Below, piece after piece: positions 10,724 to 20,211 of a DNA stretch of 64,000 nt (its first letter is position 1; each line of letters starts with the position of its first letter). Source of the stretch: Candidatus Euphemobacter frigidus (GTDB taxonomy: Bacteria; Auribacterota; Erginobacteria; Erginobacterales; Erginobacteraceae); the NCBI GenBank assembly GCA_030765805.1, contig JAVCDH010000111.1:5424-69423 (forward strand), in the 5' to 3' direction. The notes beneath the pieces were generated by a model. The model was not told the origin of the DNA. It searched no databases and saw nothing but the letters and a program-made list of their open reading frames with translations. Both the position numbers and the translations under genes were made by a program.

Positions 10724-10886
10724 CCTATCCCCATCCCTTATTAGAATTAGATATTTATAGCATTGCTGTTTTTGTCTAATTCTGGAAAACATGCGCTTTA
10801 TTTGAACAGGCTTTCTCTTCCTTAAGTCTAATTAAATGTTAAATATCTTCAATCCATATCCCGAACAAAAGAATGCCTTGACAATG

Positions 10887-10895
10887 TGGTATATT
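10887..10895 (+). promoter_or_regulatory. possible extended -10 promoter element (TGgTATATT) in the 250-bp AT-rich leader of the GH5/GH18 gene
   Basis: Seen in sequence at 10887-10895. An imperfect inverted repeat tagaattaga/tctaattctg (10741-10750 and 10774-10783) lies upstream and may be an operator. Confidence 0.25.
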
Positions 10896-10973
10896 TAATT
10901 GAGGGAAGACGGGTGGGGGCGAGCATGGTCGGGCGGCGGAGGTTACCGGTAATCAAAATTCAGGGGATCAAAA

Positions 10974-13424
10974 ATGACAAAAAAACCCCGAATTAATCAT
11001 CCTGAGAACAGCAAATCGTCGAACCCTCCCGGAAGACTATCTTGGTTCGCGGCAATTTTAGTTCTTGTACTTCTTGTCCTGTTGATCTTCGTGGAAGGGG
11101 TGGAATCCAACCCGGTCTGCAGCGGCGGTAGCGCCCACTGGTGGGGCGGCAATTTAGAGCCCCAGGCTTGTTATCCTCTCGACATTCCGGCTGACAAGCT
11201 GGTGCTGAGCCCCCATGTCTACGGCCCCGACGTTTACCCCCAGGAATATTTCAATGATCCTGATTTCCCCGAAAACATGGGAGCGATCTGGGAGGCCCAC
11301 TTCGGCTTCCTGGTGAACGAGAGTTACGCGGTGGTCCCGGGCGAGTTCGGCGGCAAGTACGGCCACGGCGGCAATCCCCGCGATCCGATACTCCAGGACT
11401 CCCTGGTCGATTATTTCCTGGAGAAAGATATCCCCGGATTCTTCTACTGGTGCTGGAACCCGAACAGCGGGGACACGGGGGGGATACTCAAGGACGACTG
11501 GACAACGGTCTGGGATGACAAGGTCGTTCTCCTCCACCGGATGATGGCTGATGGTGATCCGACCCCCACTCCGGTCTGCGGACCGGGTTTTCCGGACCGG
11601 GTCTTCGCCCCTTACGTGGATGTCTGCATCTACCCGCGGTTCTTCATCACCGAGATGAACACGGCGATGGGGACGAAGTACTACACCCTGGCCTTCGTCG
11701 TCAGCGCCAATGACGGAATCGGACGGCCGGCCTGGGGCGGCTATCCGGAATATCTGGTGGAGGGTGACTGGTACCGGGACGAGATCGACGAGATCCAGGC
11801 GCGGGGAGGAGACGTGATCGTCTCCTTCGGCGGCGAGGCGAGCTCGGAACTCGCCCTGGCCCATGACAATGTCGAGGATCTCCGGGCCGCCTACCAGTCG
11901 GTGATCGACAGATATCACCTGACCCGGGTCGACTTCGACATCGAGGGCGCGGCAGTCGCCCATACGGAATCAATCGACCGGCGCAACAAGGCCATCAAAC
12001 TCCTCCAGGACCAGAACCCCGATCTGACGGTGGCTTACTGTCTCCCGGTCATCCCCTCGGGGCTGACCCAGGACGGGATAAATCTTCTCCAGAACGCCAT
12101 CGACAACGGGGTGAGGGTGGATGCGGTCAACATCATGGCCATGTTCTTCGGGGCCGGTGCCGCGCCGAACCCGGATGGACAAATGGCGGAGTACGCGATC
12201 GAGGCGGCGGAGAGCCTCTTCGATCAGCTAAAAAGCCTCTACCCGGAAAAGTCTGACAGCCGGCTGTGGCGAATGGTCGGGATAACCCCGATGATCGGCC
12301 GGGGCGGCATCACAACCGAGGTCTTCTATCTGGAGGACGCGGAACAGCTCCTGGCTTTCGCCCGCGAGAAGAACATCAACCTGATCTCCATGTGGTCCGC
12401 CAACCGGGACAACGGTTCCTGCGGAGCGGCATCCTACTCCTCACCGCTCTGCAGCAGCCTCGAGCAGGACGACTTCGCGTTCTCGGAGATCTTTGAGCAG
12501 TTCACGGGCGCGGTGGTGCCGACCCCCACCCCGGCTGCTACCGGGACACCGGAGCCCACGGCCACTGCCCCGCCGGCACCGAGCCCGAGCGTTCCGGCGG
12601 TCCCCACCCCCACTCCAGGTGACCCGGGACCGACAGTTCCTCCGACGCCGGCTCCCCCGATTCCGCCGGCTGCCCGGCAGCTCCCGGTTATCGAATCCGG
12701 AGACTACGACGGAGACGGGAGTTCCGATGTTGCCCTCTTCCGGCCCTCCACCGGCTTCTGGGCGGTGAGAGGGATTACGGCCTGTTACTTTGGAAAGGAG
12801 GGAGACATCCCGACCCCAGGCGACTGGAACGGGGATGGGACCACCGAGATCGCCCTCTTCCGGCCTTCCACGGGCCTCTGGTCCGTCAGAGACGGAGACC
12901 GGCTCTACTTCGGAAAGGAGGATGACATCCCGGTCCCCGCAGACTACGACGGAACCGGAGCCTCGGAGATCGCCGTCTTCCGGCCCGCTTCCGGTCTCTG
13001 GGCGGTGAGGGGCGTCACCCGGGACTATTTCGGCCAACCGGATGACAGGCCGCTCCCGGGCGACTACAATGGAGATGGGACCGCCGAGATCGCCCTCTTC
13101 CGGCCCTCCACCGGCCTCTGGGCCGTCAGAGACGGGGGCCGGCTCTACTTCGGGGGAGAGGGGGATATCCCGGTCCCGGCCGACTACGATGGGAACTGGG
13201 AACTGGACGCGGCCATCTTCCGGCCCGCTTCCGGCCTCTGGGCCGTCAGAGGCGGGGACCGGCTCTACTTCGGGGGAGAGGATGATATCCCGGTCCCGGC
13301 CGACTATAATGGTGACGGGACCGCCGAGTTCGGCCTCTTCCGGGAAAGTTCCGGTCTATGGGCGGTGAGTGGAGTATCCCGTCTCTACTTCGGCATCGAT
13401 GGGGATATCCCCGTTACCCGGTAG
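10974..13424 (+). CDS. membrane-anchored chimeric glycoside hydrolase: truncated GH5 C-terminal half + GH18 chitinase-like domain + Pro/Thr linker + six FG-GAP-like repeats
   Basis: N-terminal TM anchor. GH5 C-terminal motifs are present (SPHVYGP, VVPGEFGG nucleophile region, FFYWCWNPNSGDTGG). The GH5 acid/base NEP region is absent. The GH18 catalytic motif DxDxE appears as RVDFDIEG. The linker PTPTPAATGTPEPTATAPPAPSPS is followed by six repeats of about 40 aa, consensus NGDGxxEIALFRPSTGLWAVR...YFGxxxDIPVPxDY, ending GDIPVTR. Confidence 0.7.
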   Translation: MTKKPRINHPENSKSSNPPGRLSWFAAILVLVLLVLLIFVEGVESNPVCSGGSAHWWGGNLEPQACYPLDIPADKLVLSPHVYGPDVYPQEYFNDPDFPENMGAIWEAHFGFLVNESYAVVPGEFGGKYGHGGNPRDPILQDSLVDYFLEKDIPGFFYWCWNPNSGDTGGILKDDWTTVWDDKVVLLHRMMADGDPTPTPVCGPGFPDRVFAPYVDVCIYPRFFITEMNTAMGTKYYTLAFVVSANDGIGRPAWGGYPEYLVEGDWYRDEIDEIQARGGDVIVSFGGEASSELALAHDNVEDLRAAYQSVIDRYHLTRVDFDIEGAAVAHTESIDRRNKAIKLLQDQNPDLTVAYCLPVIPSGLTQDGINLLQNAIDNGVRVDAVNIMAMFFGAGAAPNPDGQMAEYAIEAAESLFDQLKSLYPEKSDSRLWRMVGITPMIGRGGITTEVFYLEDAEQLLAFAREKNINLISMWSANRDNGSCGAASYSSPLCSSLEQDDFAFSEIFEQFTGAVVPTPTPAATGTPEPTATAPPAPSPSVPAVPTPTPGDPGPTVPPTPAPPIPPAARQLPVIESGDYDGDGSSDVALFRPSTGFWAVRGITACYFGKEGDIPTPGDWNGDGTTEIALFRPSTGLWSVRDGDRLYFGKEDDIPVPADYDGTGASEIAVFRPASGLWAVRGVTRDYFGQPDDRPLPGDYNGDGTAEIALFRPSTGLWAVRDGGRLYFGGEGDIPVPADYDGNWELDAAIFRPASGLWAVRGGDRLYFGGEDDIPVPADYNGDGTAEFGLFRESSGLWAVSGVSRLYFGIDGDIPVTR

Positions 13425-13476
13425 CCGCCTTCGCAATTAAACCCGGATTGTGTGGTCGGTGTGGCTGAGATATCTT

Positions 13477-15363
13477 TTACCAGAAGTAGGCAACGCTGAG
13501 GGTAAACTGGCGGCCCGGGCAGGGAACGCCGGGGATCTCCTCGAAGCTGACCTTGAAGGGGTTGTCGATGGTGGCGGTCACCTTCAGTCCCGGAAGGATT
13601 CGGGGAAGATAGGAGAGTCCCAGATAGGTAAGACAGGCGTTCCTCCTTCCTCCGCGCAGATAATTATCTTCCTGCATGCGGTACTCGTTTTCGGAACGCA
13701 GCTCAAAGTCTTCAAGAAAACGCCAGACCAACGTTCCGGTAAAGCGATGGCGGGGAAAATTAATGGCGTAGAAACTGGCATCTACATCCGGGGTTTTATA
13801 ATCATGGGATTTTTTTAAGCAGGTGTAACCAGCCTGGAGATAGAGATCCCGCCACTTTTTATCGAGAATGATCTCGGCGCCCCAGGTCTTGATATCAACG
13901 GCGGAGGCGGTGCGGGCATTGGGAGAACCTTCCTCATAAGTCCAGTCAACCAGGTCATTCTCGATCCGGTAGAATACGGCCCCATGGAGACTCCATGATT
14001 CTCGGAGCAGTTCGATTCCCGCTTCCAGGTTATGGCTCCGTTGCAGTCCCAGGTCCGGGTTGCCCCCGAAGAGCCCTTCGGGGGGTGAGCCGAGAGCCGT
14101 ATAACTGGGTAACTGGTCGGCCGAGGCGTAGCTGCAATAGTAGCGGTTCTCTCCTCGACCGGGAAGGAGCTGGAGCAGGGCAACGCCCGCCAGGGGAGAG
14201 AGAGAAGAAGCAGAGCGGTTGGAATCGTCAAAGGCGGCTCCGCAGCTTAATGAGAAAGACAGTTCAGGATTAAGCTCCACGATCTTCCGCGGCAGGACGG
14301 CCAGCTTACCGATCGTCCGTGAATAGTAAGGGCTGAAGGTCAGGGCGGTTGAAGTGAGGGTGTCGGCGGCAAGCCGGCCCGAGTAGTTCAGATCGAAGAA
14401 ATTAAACGCGTGCCATCCGTTAAAGCCGGCCGTCCAGACCTGGGTTCGATGGAAGGCCTGGTAGATCTCCGGATCGGAACGCTGCAGAATATAATGATCC
14501 CGGTTCCGGCGATAGCATCCGCTCAATTCCAGGTAATTCTGCCCGGAATATTCCACCCGGTGGTTGAGAATGACCAGGGTAGTGTGAAGGCTCTCGGTCT
14601 CATCGGTATCATAATAATCTTTCGGGGTATACATATCGGGCCAGCCGAAAAACTTGGACTGGTAGCCGCAGAAGAGATCGCTCTGGTAATCTCCTCCCTG
14701 AAACTGGAGCCGGCCGCCGATCCGGCGGAAGTTGTAGTCTCCCTGCGGGCGGGTGCCGTCAGACTCCGATCGGGCCAGATCGAGGTCGAAGGCGATCTTC
14801 TCCGTCAGGCCGGCGAGCAGTTCGGGGGGATCGGTGAGATAGGCCGCGTAGGCGTGCTGGAGGTTGAGACGGTGCTCCCCCAGTCCGGCTCGGGCCACAC
14901 CCCCGGTCTCGATCAGCATCCATTGATAATCAACCGTGCCGACCAGGGAGTTGAACCCGAACAGTTTACTATCAATCCCGGTCAGGATCCGGGGCGTGGT
15001 GAGCATGCCGGGGGGGATCGGAATCTCCGCGGCGTAATGCCCGGTCTGAGGGTCAAGCAGGGTTATCGCCCCCACCGCGAAACCGGTCGTGGAGAAGATC
15101 CCGCCCCGGATAGAAAGATCAGCCTGGGCTTCCGCCATGTTCCGGCTCTGAAGATCGACCTGGGGATTAAACCGTAGGAGAGAAACAGGGGCGGCAAAGG
15201 TTCCGGCCGGAGCGGCGGCCGGGGGGCCTCCCGCGCAGACAACAACCGCGGGGAGTTCTAGAGCTGCCTCCTGCTCATCCGCCGCCCCAGCCTTCTTCAT
15301 GGTTGCCAGAGACAGTAAACCGATTAACCCCGCGCCGGTTAACATGCTCTTTCGGAATTTCAC
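13477..15363 (-). CDS. TonB-dependent outer-membrane receptor (small, BtuB/CirA-size)
   Basis: Signal peptide, plug-like region (DLSIRGG), a long beta-rich body and a C-terminal aromatic end ...SVAYFW, as expected for OMP/TonB-dependent barrels. Confidence 0.6.
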   Translation of the reverse strand: MKFRKSMLTGAGLIGLLSLATMKKAGAADEQEAALELPAVVVCAGGPPAAAPAGTFAAPVSLLRFNPQVDLQSRNMAEAQADLSIRGGIFSTTGFAVGAITLLDPQTGHYAAEIPIPPGMLTTPRILTGIDSKLFGFNSLVGTVDYQWMLIETGGVARAGLGEHRLNLQHAYAAYLTDPPELLAGLTEKIAFDLDLARSESDGTRPQGDYNFRRIGGRLQFQGGDYQSDLFCGYQSKFFGWPDMYTPKDYYDTDETESLHTTLVILNHRVEYSGQNYLELSGCYRRNRDHYILQRSDPEIYQAFHRTQVWTAGFNGWHAFNFFDLNYSGRLAADTLTSTALTFSPYYSRTIGKLAVLPRKIVELNPELSFSLSCGAAFDDSNRSASSLSPLAGVALLQLLPGRGENRYYCSYASADQLPSYTALGSPPEGLFGGNPDLGLQRSHNLEAGIELLRESWSLHGAVFYRIENDLVDWTYEEGSPNARTASAVDIKTWGAEIILDKKWRDLYLQAGYTCLKKSHDYKTPDVDASFYAINFPRHRFTGTLVWRFLEDFELRSENEYRMQEDNYLRGGRRNACLTYLGLSYLPRILPGLKVTATIDNPFKVSFEEIPGVPCPGRQFTLSVAYFW

Positions 15364-15896
15364 AATATTGTATTTTCTTCCAGAGCCGTTTTATATACCC
15401 GGTAAGCGTGATCGGAGAAGAGGACGAAACGGACCAGTTCAATCTCCGGGTGATCAGTCAGATACTCCCTCACCGTGGAGAGGGCAATGCCGGCCGCTTC
15501 CTCGATCGGGTAGCGATATGCCCCCGTGCTGATCGAGGGGAAGGCCACCGTCTTCAGCCCATGCTCGGAGGCTAGCTTCAAGCTCTCCCGGTACGCGGAG
15601 GCCAGAAGCCGCGCTTCACCGCGGTTGCCCCCCCGATAGATCGGACCGACAGTATGAATCACATACCTCGCCGGCAGGCGGAAGCCTTCGGTCAGCCGGG
15701 CCTGACCGGTCGGACAACCGTTCAGTCTCCGGCACGCTTCTAAAAGTTCCGGCCCGGCCACCCGGTGGATCGCTCCGTCCACCCCTCCGCCGCCGAGCAG
15801 AGAAGAGTTGGCGGCGTTGACGATGGCCTCGGTTCCCTGTTCCGTGATGTCCCCCCGAACCAGTTCGAGGGTGGAGTCATCAACCTTGATCTTCAT
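15360..15896 (-). CDS. macro-domain protein (O-acetyl-ADP-ribose deacetylase, YmdB-like)
   Basis: GDITEQ...AIVNAAN...LLGGGGVDGAIHRVAG...AFPSISTGAYRYP is the canonical macro-domain signature. 178 aa. Confidence 0.9.
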   Translation of the reverse strand: MKIKVDDSTLELVRGDITEQGTEAIVNAANSSLLGGGGVDGAIHRVAGPELLEACRRLNGCPTGQARLTEGFRLPARYVIHTVGPIYRGGNRGEARLLASAYRESLKLASEHGLKTVAFPSISTGAYRYPIEEAAGIALSTVREYLTDHPEIELVRFVLFSDHAYRVYKTALEENTIL

Positions 15897-15942
15897 CTAT
15901 CTCTCCTTGTTTGCAGTTAAAAAAAATAATCTTCGAGTTGTC

Positions 15943-15971
15943 TTGAAAATCCATAAAAACTCTTATATAAT
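15943..15971 (+). promoter_or_regulatory. near-consensus sigma70 promoter (TTGAAA-17-TATAAT) driving the GH38-like gene
   Basis: TTGAAA at 15943-15948, an exactly 17-nt spacer, then TATAAT at 15966-15971. A strong SD aggagg lies at 16012-16017, 7 nt before ATG 16026. Confidence 0.5.
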
Positions 15972-16025
15972 ATTTTTAACTCATCACTATAACTTTATCA
16001 ATAAATAAACCAGGAGGGGAAACCA

Positions 16026-19000
16026 ATGCACATCGGGCAAGCGTTTATCTGCCTGGCAAATATCGAACAATCTCACACAATCCAGTCTTCCTTGCCCCGG
16101 GGGAGGAAAGCCCTTTTGCGGGGCAGCCGCCTCATGGCGCTCGTTCTGGCCGGATGCCTGCTATCCTTATTCTCGGCAGCGGGGACAGTATCGGCCCAGG
16201 ATTGGGGACTCCTTACCGACGGCACTGTTCACGTCATGCTCTCCTCTCACCAGGATCTGGGATGGGAGGACTCTATTGCAGTGTGCAACGAAATTAGAAA
16301 CGACAAAATTATCAAGCCCGTTCTGGAGTGGATGGGGCAGACCGATACCAACTATCGTTACACCTTTGAATACGTTTACGCCCTGATGCATTATCTAGAT
16401 ACCTATCCGGAGGCTCTCCCGACGGTCCGGGAACACACGGCATCCGGCCGCTTCCAGTGGGGCGCCGCTTACAACGATTTTTATGAATCGCTCTTTTCGA
16501 GCGAGGGGCTGGTCCGCCAGTTCTACCTGGGCAAGAAGTGGATGAAGACCACGCTGGGGGAAGGCTGCGAGTCCCGCACCTATATCAACATGGACCCACC
16601 CCAACGGGCGCTCCAGATACCGCAGATTCTCAACAAAGCCGGCATCGACTTCCTGGTGACCAGCCGAACGAATGCGAGTTTGTTCAAATGGTCGAGTCCC
16701 AACGCCCATACAGATTCCCCGGATGATTACAGCGTGCTGGTATTTTCCAACGGGCTCTATGGCATTCCCTGGCTCTGGTATAGCAGCAAGGGGATGCTGA
16801 CCCCCTATTCCAACGCATGGAAAAATGAAACAGGGCCTGTCCCCAACTATCCTTCAGCTCTTTTTCACGCCGAGACAAGTGTTTGGGATTACTGGAGCCA
16901 GTATACTGACCCGTCGGCTCACCAGGGTTCGCCGGAAGGCATGACCTGGGAGGAGTATTTCCAGGGCAACAATTTTCCGGCTCAGTTCCCGCTTTTATAC
17001 ACTAACGACATGGCCAAACCATCACCATACCTCGGTGTCCTAACAGCTGAATACAACTCCGATCTTATTCAGGATTGGAACCAATGGGAGGAGTACACCG
17101 CCCGCGACTGGCCGGAGATACGATTATTCACCTGCGACCAGGCCCTGGGGGCATTCTGGTCCGCCGCCACCCAGTCGGGAGTAATTTTCGAAGAGTGGAG
17201 GGGGGAACGCCCGAACCTGTGGTTATACAGCCACGGTCCCGGGCATCACTGGGCGGGCAGCGCCATCCGTGAAGCCGGCCGGCTCCTTCCGGCAGCGGAG
17301 ACCTTTGCCACCATCGAGTGCCTGCTGGCCGGGGATTTCAGTTCTTACCCAAGCAATGATCTTTTGAATGGGTGGAAGGGCGCCATCTTCCCAGGTCATG
17401 GTTGGGGTGGTGAAGATGGCGAAGATACCGATAACCGCTTCCTCTGGGCGGCCCAGACCGGAGAGCGGGTGGGACGGGAGGTCCTCGCGAACGCCCTGGA
17501 ATCGATCGCGGCACGGGTGGATACCGAAGGCTTCGGGGGGGAGCCGATCATCATCTTCAACATGCTCCCCTGGGAACGGAGCGACCCGGTAATCTGCCGG
17601 ATTGAACCGGAGGGAGAGAACTGGTCCATCGTTGACAGCGACTGGGCCCCGGTCACCCGCCAGGTGCTGGATGACGCCGATGGGAGTAAGGAGGTCGTCT
17701 TTATCGCCCGGGACGTGCCTTCCCTGGGATATCGGACCTATTACCTGGTGGAAGACGGCGCGGGCGCGCCACCCGCTCGGAGCGCGGTATCGGGTGAGAA
17801 CCAATATTACCGGTGGGAACTGAGCCCGGGCGGTTTCACCAGCCTCACCGACCGGGAACTGAATCTGGAGATCCTGGCCGCGACCAAATCATACGGCGGT
17901 AAGACATTCCGCGGCGCCGAATTCTTCTCCATGTCCGCCTGCTGTGCCTGCGCCACCTATCCAACCTGCTGCTGCGGGGCTTTCGAACAACAGACAATCA
18001 TGCAACCCGACCCGAACTCTTACTTTCAACAGATGAGGGATTACGGGGCCGGGTGGACAGAGGTCGAGGCGGGTCCGGTCCGGGACTCGTTTGAATACGA
18101 AGTAGTGGTAGATGACTGGACCGCCCGCCAGAAACTTATCTTCTACCGGGATCTGAAGCGGATCGACTGCGAGTTCTCGATGCAGTCGTGGCCCGGCACC
18201 CACTGGCGGGAGTGGAGAATGGCACTGCCGGTGAACCTGGATTCGGGTTTCGTGAGCTACGAGGTCCCCATGGGTGTGGTCCAGGTCGGCCGGGATGAGC
18301 TGCCGTTTCCGGCGGGGGGGCATTACAACGAGCAGACCTGCAGCTACGTCACTCCCCGGGAGGTCCAGAACTTCATCAGCGTCTGCGGTCTGAACCCGGC
18401 TTTCGGAGAGCAGACCTTCGGGGTAACGATGAGTTCCAGTGTAGCCGTCTGCAATTATATCTTCCCCCCCAGCACCTATGTCGGCCCCGACTCACAGGGG
18501 AGAATAAGCGATCCGATCCTCCAGCCGATTCTCCTGGCTACCCGTCACAGCAATAAAGATGATGGGAATTGGTGGTCACAGGAGGGAGATCACAATTATT
18601 ACTTCTCTATATTCTCCCACGAGGGCGACTGGAGAAACGGATGGAGGAGCGCCGCCCAGGCCAACAGCCCCCTAGTACCGGTTGTGGGGGTCGCGCCTGC
18701 CGCCGGTGCCAATCTCCCGGAGGAGAAGAGTTTCTGCTCGGTCGCCCCCGACAACATCGTCCTCACCGCTTTTAAGAAACGTGAAGATGATATCTTCACC
18801 CCAGAAGGCACGGTTGACGAAGATGTTATCGTGCGCTTTTACGACATTGAAGGCCGACACACATCCGACGCCGAGATCAGATTCTTTTTCACGGTGGAAG
18901 GGGCCGAAAAGACGAACATCCTCGAAGAACCGCTGGCGGGGGGTGGATCCGGCATCTCTGTTTCCGGGCAGTCGGTGAGACTGGATGTCGGCCACCACTC

Positions 19001-19820
19001 CATCGAGACGCTGCGAATAGTTCCCGGGCCCATCCCTCAACCCACTCCGGACTATATAGTTCTCAAATCCGGCGATTACAACGGTGACGGTAAATCGGAT
19101 ATCGCCGTCTTTAGGCAGTCCACCGGACTCTGGGCGGTGAGGGGATTGGGGCGGATCTATTTCGGCACCACCGGCGACATTCCGGTGAGCGGAGATTACG
19201 ATGGCGACGGCATCACCGACGTCTCGATCTTCCGGCCCTCAACGGGCCTTTGGGCGGTCAAAGGGATCACCCGGCTATATTTTGGGGGCTCAAACGATCT
19301 TCCAATTCCCGGCGATTATAACGGGAACGGATTATGTGATATCGCCGTCTTCGGAAATACAAGCGGTTGGTGGAGCGTGAAGGGTCTCACACAGGTTTAT
19401 TTCGGAATCTTGAACGATCGGCCGGTTCCGGGAGACTTCAATGGAGATGAAAAGGCGGAGATCGCCATATTCCGGCCCTCCTCCGGTCTCTGGGCGCTTC
19501 GGGACATTACCCGCTGTTATTTCGGTGGAGGTGATGACATACCAGTCCCCGGTGTGTATGAATGGTACGGTGCTGCCCGGGCGTCGGGCACCTTTAAAAG
19601 CCGGATCGCCGTCTTCCGGCCAGACAGCGGGTTATGGGCCATTCGGGGTTTCACCCGTTATTATTTTGGGGCGGTCGATGACAGGCCGGTCATAGGTGAC
19701 TTTACGGGCAATTCCCTGGATGATATCGCTATATTCCGGCAAGGTACCGGTCTCTGGGCGGCAAAAGGGATTACCCGGGCTTACTTTGGCACTTTTGGGG
19801 ATATTCCGGTGACACGCTAA
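16026..19820 (+). CDS. secreted GH38-like (alpha-mannosidase family) glycoside hydrolase with a C-terminal tail of FG-GAP-like repeats
   Basis: Signal peptide RLMALVLAGCLLSLFSAAGTVSA after a 36-aa N-terminal extension. The GH38 N-domain-like motif is MLSSHQDLGWEDS (compare HSHxDxGW). An unusual Cys cluster ACCACATYPTCCCG is present. The C-terminal about 280 aa are six or seven 40-aa repeats (DxNGDGxxDIAVFRxSTGLWAV...YFGxxxDIPVPGDY) ending GDIPVTR. Confidence 0.55.
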   Translation: MHIGQAFICLANIEQSHTIQSSLPRGRKALLRGSRLMALVLAGCLLSLFSAAGTVSAQDWGLLTDGTVHVMLSSHQDLGWEDSIAVCNEIRNDKIIKPVLEWMGQTDTNYRYTFEYVYALMHYLDTYPEALPTVREHTASGRFQWGAAYNDFYESLFSSEGLVRQFYLGKKWMKTTLGEGCESRTYINMDPPQRALQIPQILNKAGIDFLVTSRTNASLFKWSSPNAHTDSPDDYSVLVFSNGLYGIPWLWYSSKGMLTPYSNAWKNETGPVPNYPSALFHAETSVWDYWSQYTDPSAHQGSPEGMTWEEYFQGNNFPAQFPLLYTNDMAKPSPYLGVLTAEYNSDLIQDWNQWEEYTARDWPEIRLFTCDQALGAFWSAATQSGVIFEEWRGERPNLWLYSHGPGHHWAGSAIREAGRLLPAAETFATIECLLAGDFSSYPSNDLLNGWKGAIFPGHGWGGEDGEDTDNRFLWAAQTGERVGREVLANALESIAARVDTEGFGGEPIIIFNMLPWERSDPVICRIEPEGENWSIVDSDWAPVTRQVLDDADGSKEVVFIARDVPSLGYRTYYLVEDGAGAPPARSAVSGENQYYRWELSPGGFTSLTDRELNLEILAATKSYGGKTFRGAEFFSMSACCACATYPTCCCGAFEQQTIMQPDPNSYFQQMRDYGAGWTEVEAGPVRDSFEYEVVVDDWTARQKLIFYRDLKRIDCEFSMQSWPGTHWREWRMALPVNLDSGFVSYEVPMGVVQVGRDELPFPAGGHYNEQTCSYVTPREVQNFISVCGLNPAFGEQTFGVTMSSSVAVCNYIFPPSTYVGPDSQGRISDPILQPILLATRHSNKDDGNWWSQEGDHNYYFSIFSHEGDWRNGWRSAAQANSPLVPVVGVAPAAGANLPEEKSFCSVAPDNIVLTAFKKREDDIFTPEGTVDEDVIVRFYDIEGRHTSDAEIRFFFTVEGAEKTNILEEPLAGGGSGISVSGQSVRLDVGHHSIETLRIVPGPIPQPTPDYIVLKSGDYNGDGKSDIAVFRQSTGLWAVRGLGRIYFGTTGDIPVSGDYDGDGITDVSIFRPSTGLWAVKGITRLYFGGSNDLPIPGDYNGNGLCDIAVFGNTSGWWSVKGLTQVYFGILNDRPVPGDFNGDEKAEIAIFRPSSGLWALRDITRCYFGGGDDIPVPGVYEWYGAARASGTFKSRIAVFRPDSGLWAIRGFTRYYFGAVDDRPVIGDFTGNSLDDIAIFRQGTGLWAAKGITRAYFGTFGDIPVTR

Positions 19821-19905
19821 AAACCAGTACGGGTCGGACCTGCGTAACTTGTTTAATATCAATTAGTTAGATCCTCAAAATAGCTGTTTTCAGGGCTTAG
19901 AGGTC

Positions 19906-19937
19906 CAGTTTTGGGGTCAAAACTGACACTGTAATAG
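19906..19937 (+). terminator. hairpin (cagtttt-ggggtc-aaaactg) followed by T-rich tract; likely terminator of the GH38-like gene and left REP-like element
   Basis: Seen in sequence 86 nt after the stop at 19820. The stem is 7 bp and is followed by taatagattttt. Confidence 0.3.
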
Positions 19938-20068
19938 ATTTTTGGCTCCCTCAATACACCGATTCCATTCTCTTCGGCTATCTCTCGATCCATAGCCTCA
20001 ACACCCAACCTATCCATAACATCTTTTACAAAAGTATGATCTCCCACTGCAATACTTTCGGTACATTT

Positions 20069-20198
20069 TTAATGACGCACCTTTCCATCACCTTCCAGAA
20101 CAGCTTCTATCCAGGCTCTCTGTTGTTGCGCCAATTCCTCCACGCTATTGAGATGCCAGATAAAACCGGGAATATGATGTCTGTTTGCCCTAGGCATA
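20069..20198 (-). pseudogene. truncated RayT/IS200-like transposase N-terminal fragment (43 codons)
   Basis: Translation is MPRANRHHIPGFIWHLNSVEELAQQQRAWIEAVLEGDGKVRH followed by a stop. Only the N-terminal motif is recognisable. The adjacent ORF 19859..20047 may be a frameshifted continuation. Confidence 0.3.
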
Positions 20199-20211
20199 AG
20201 AACCAACTTTC

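Noticed and set aside
10878-10883. TTGACA hexamer as the -35 of the GH5/GH18 gene promoter
   Set aside because: It is only 3-7 bp from the candidate -10, so the spacing is incompatible. The extended -10 TGgTATATT alone is the more plausible element.
12520-12670. Pro/Thr-rich tracts (also 26300-26500, 29100-29300, 30150-30350) considered as mobile or low-complexity DNA
   Set aside because: They are in frame within secreted multidomain proteins and are typical interdomain PT linkers, not separate elements.
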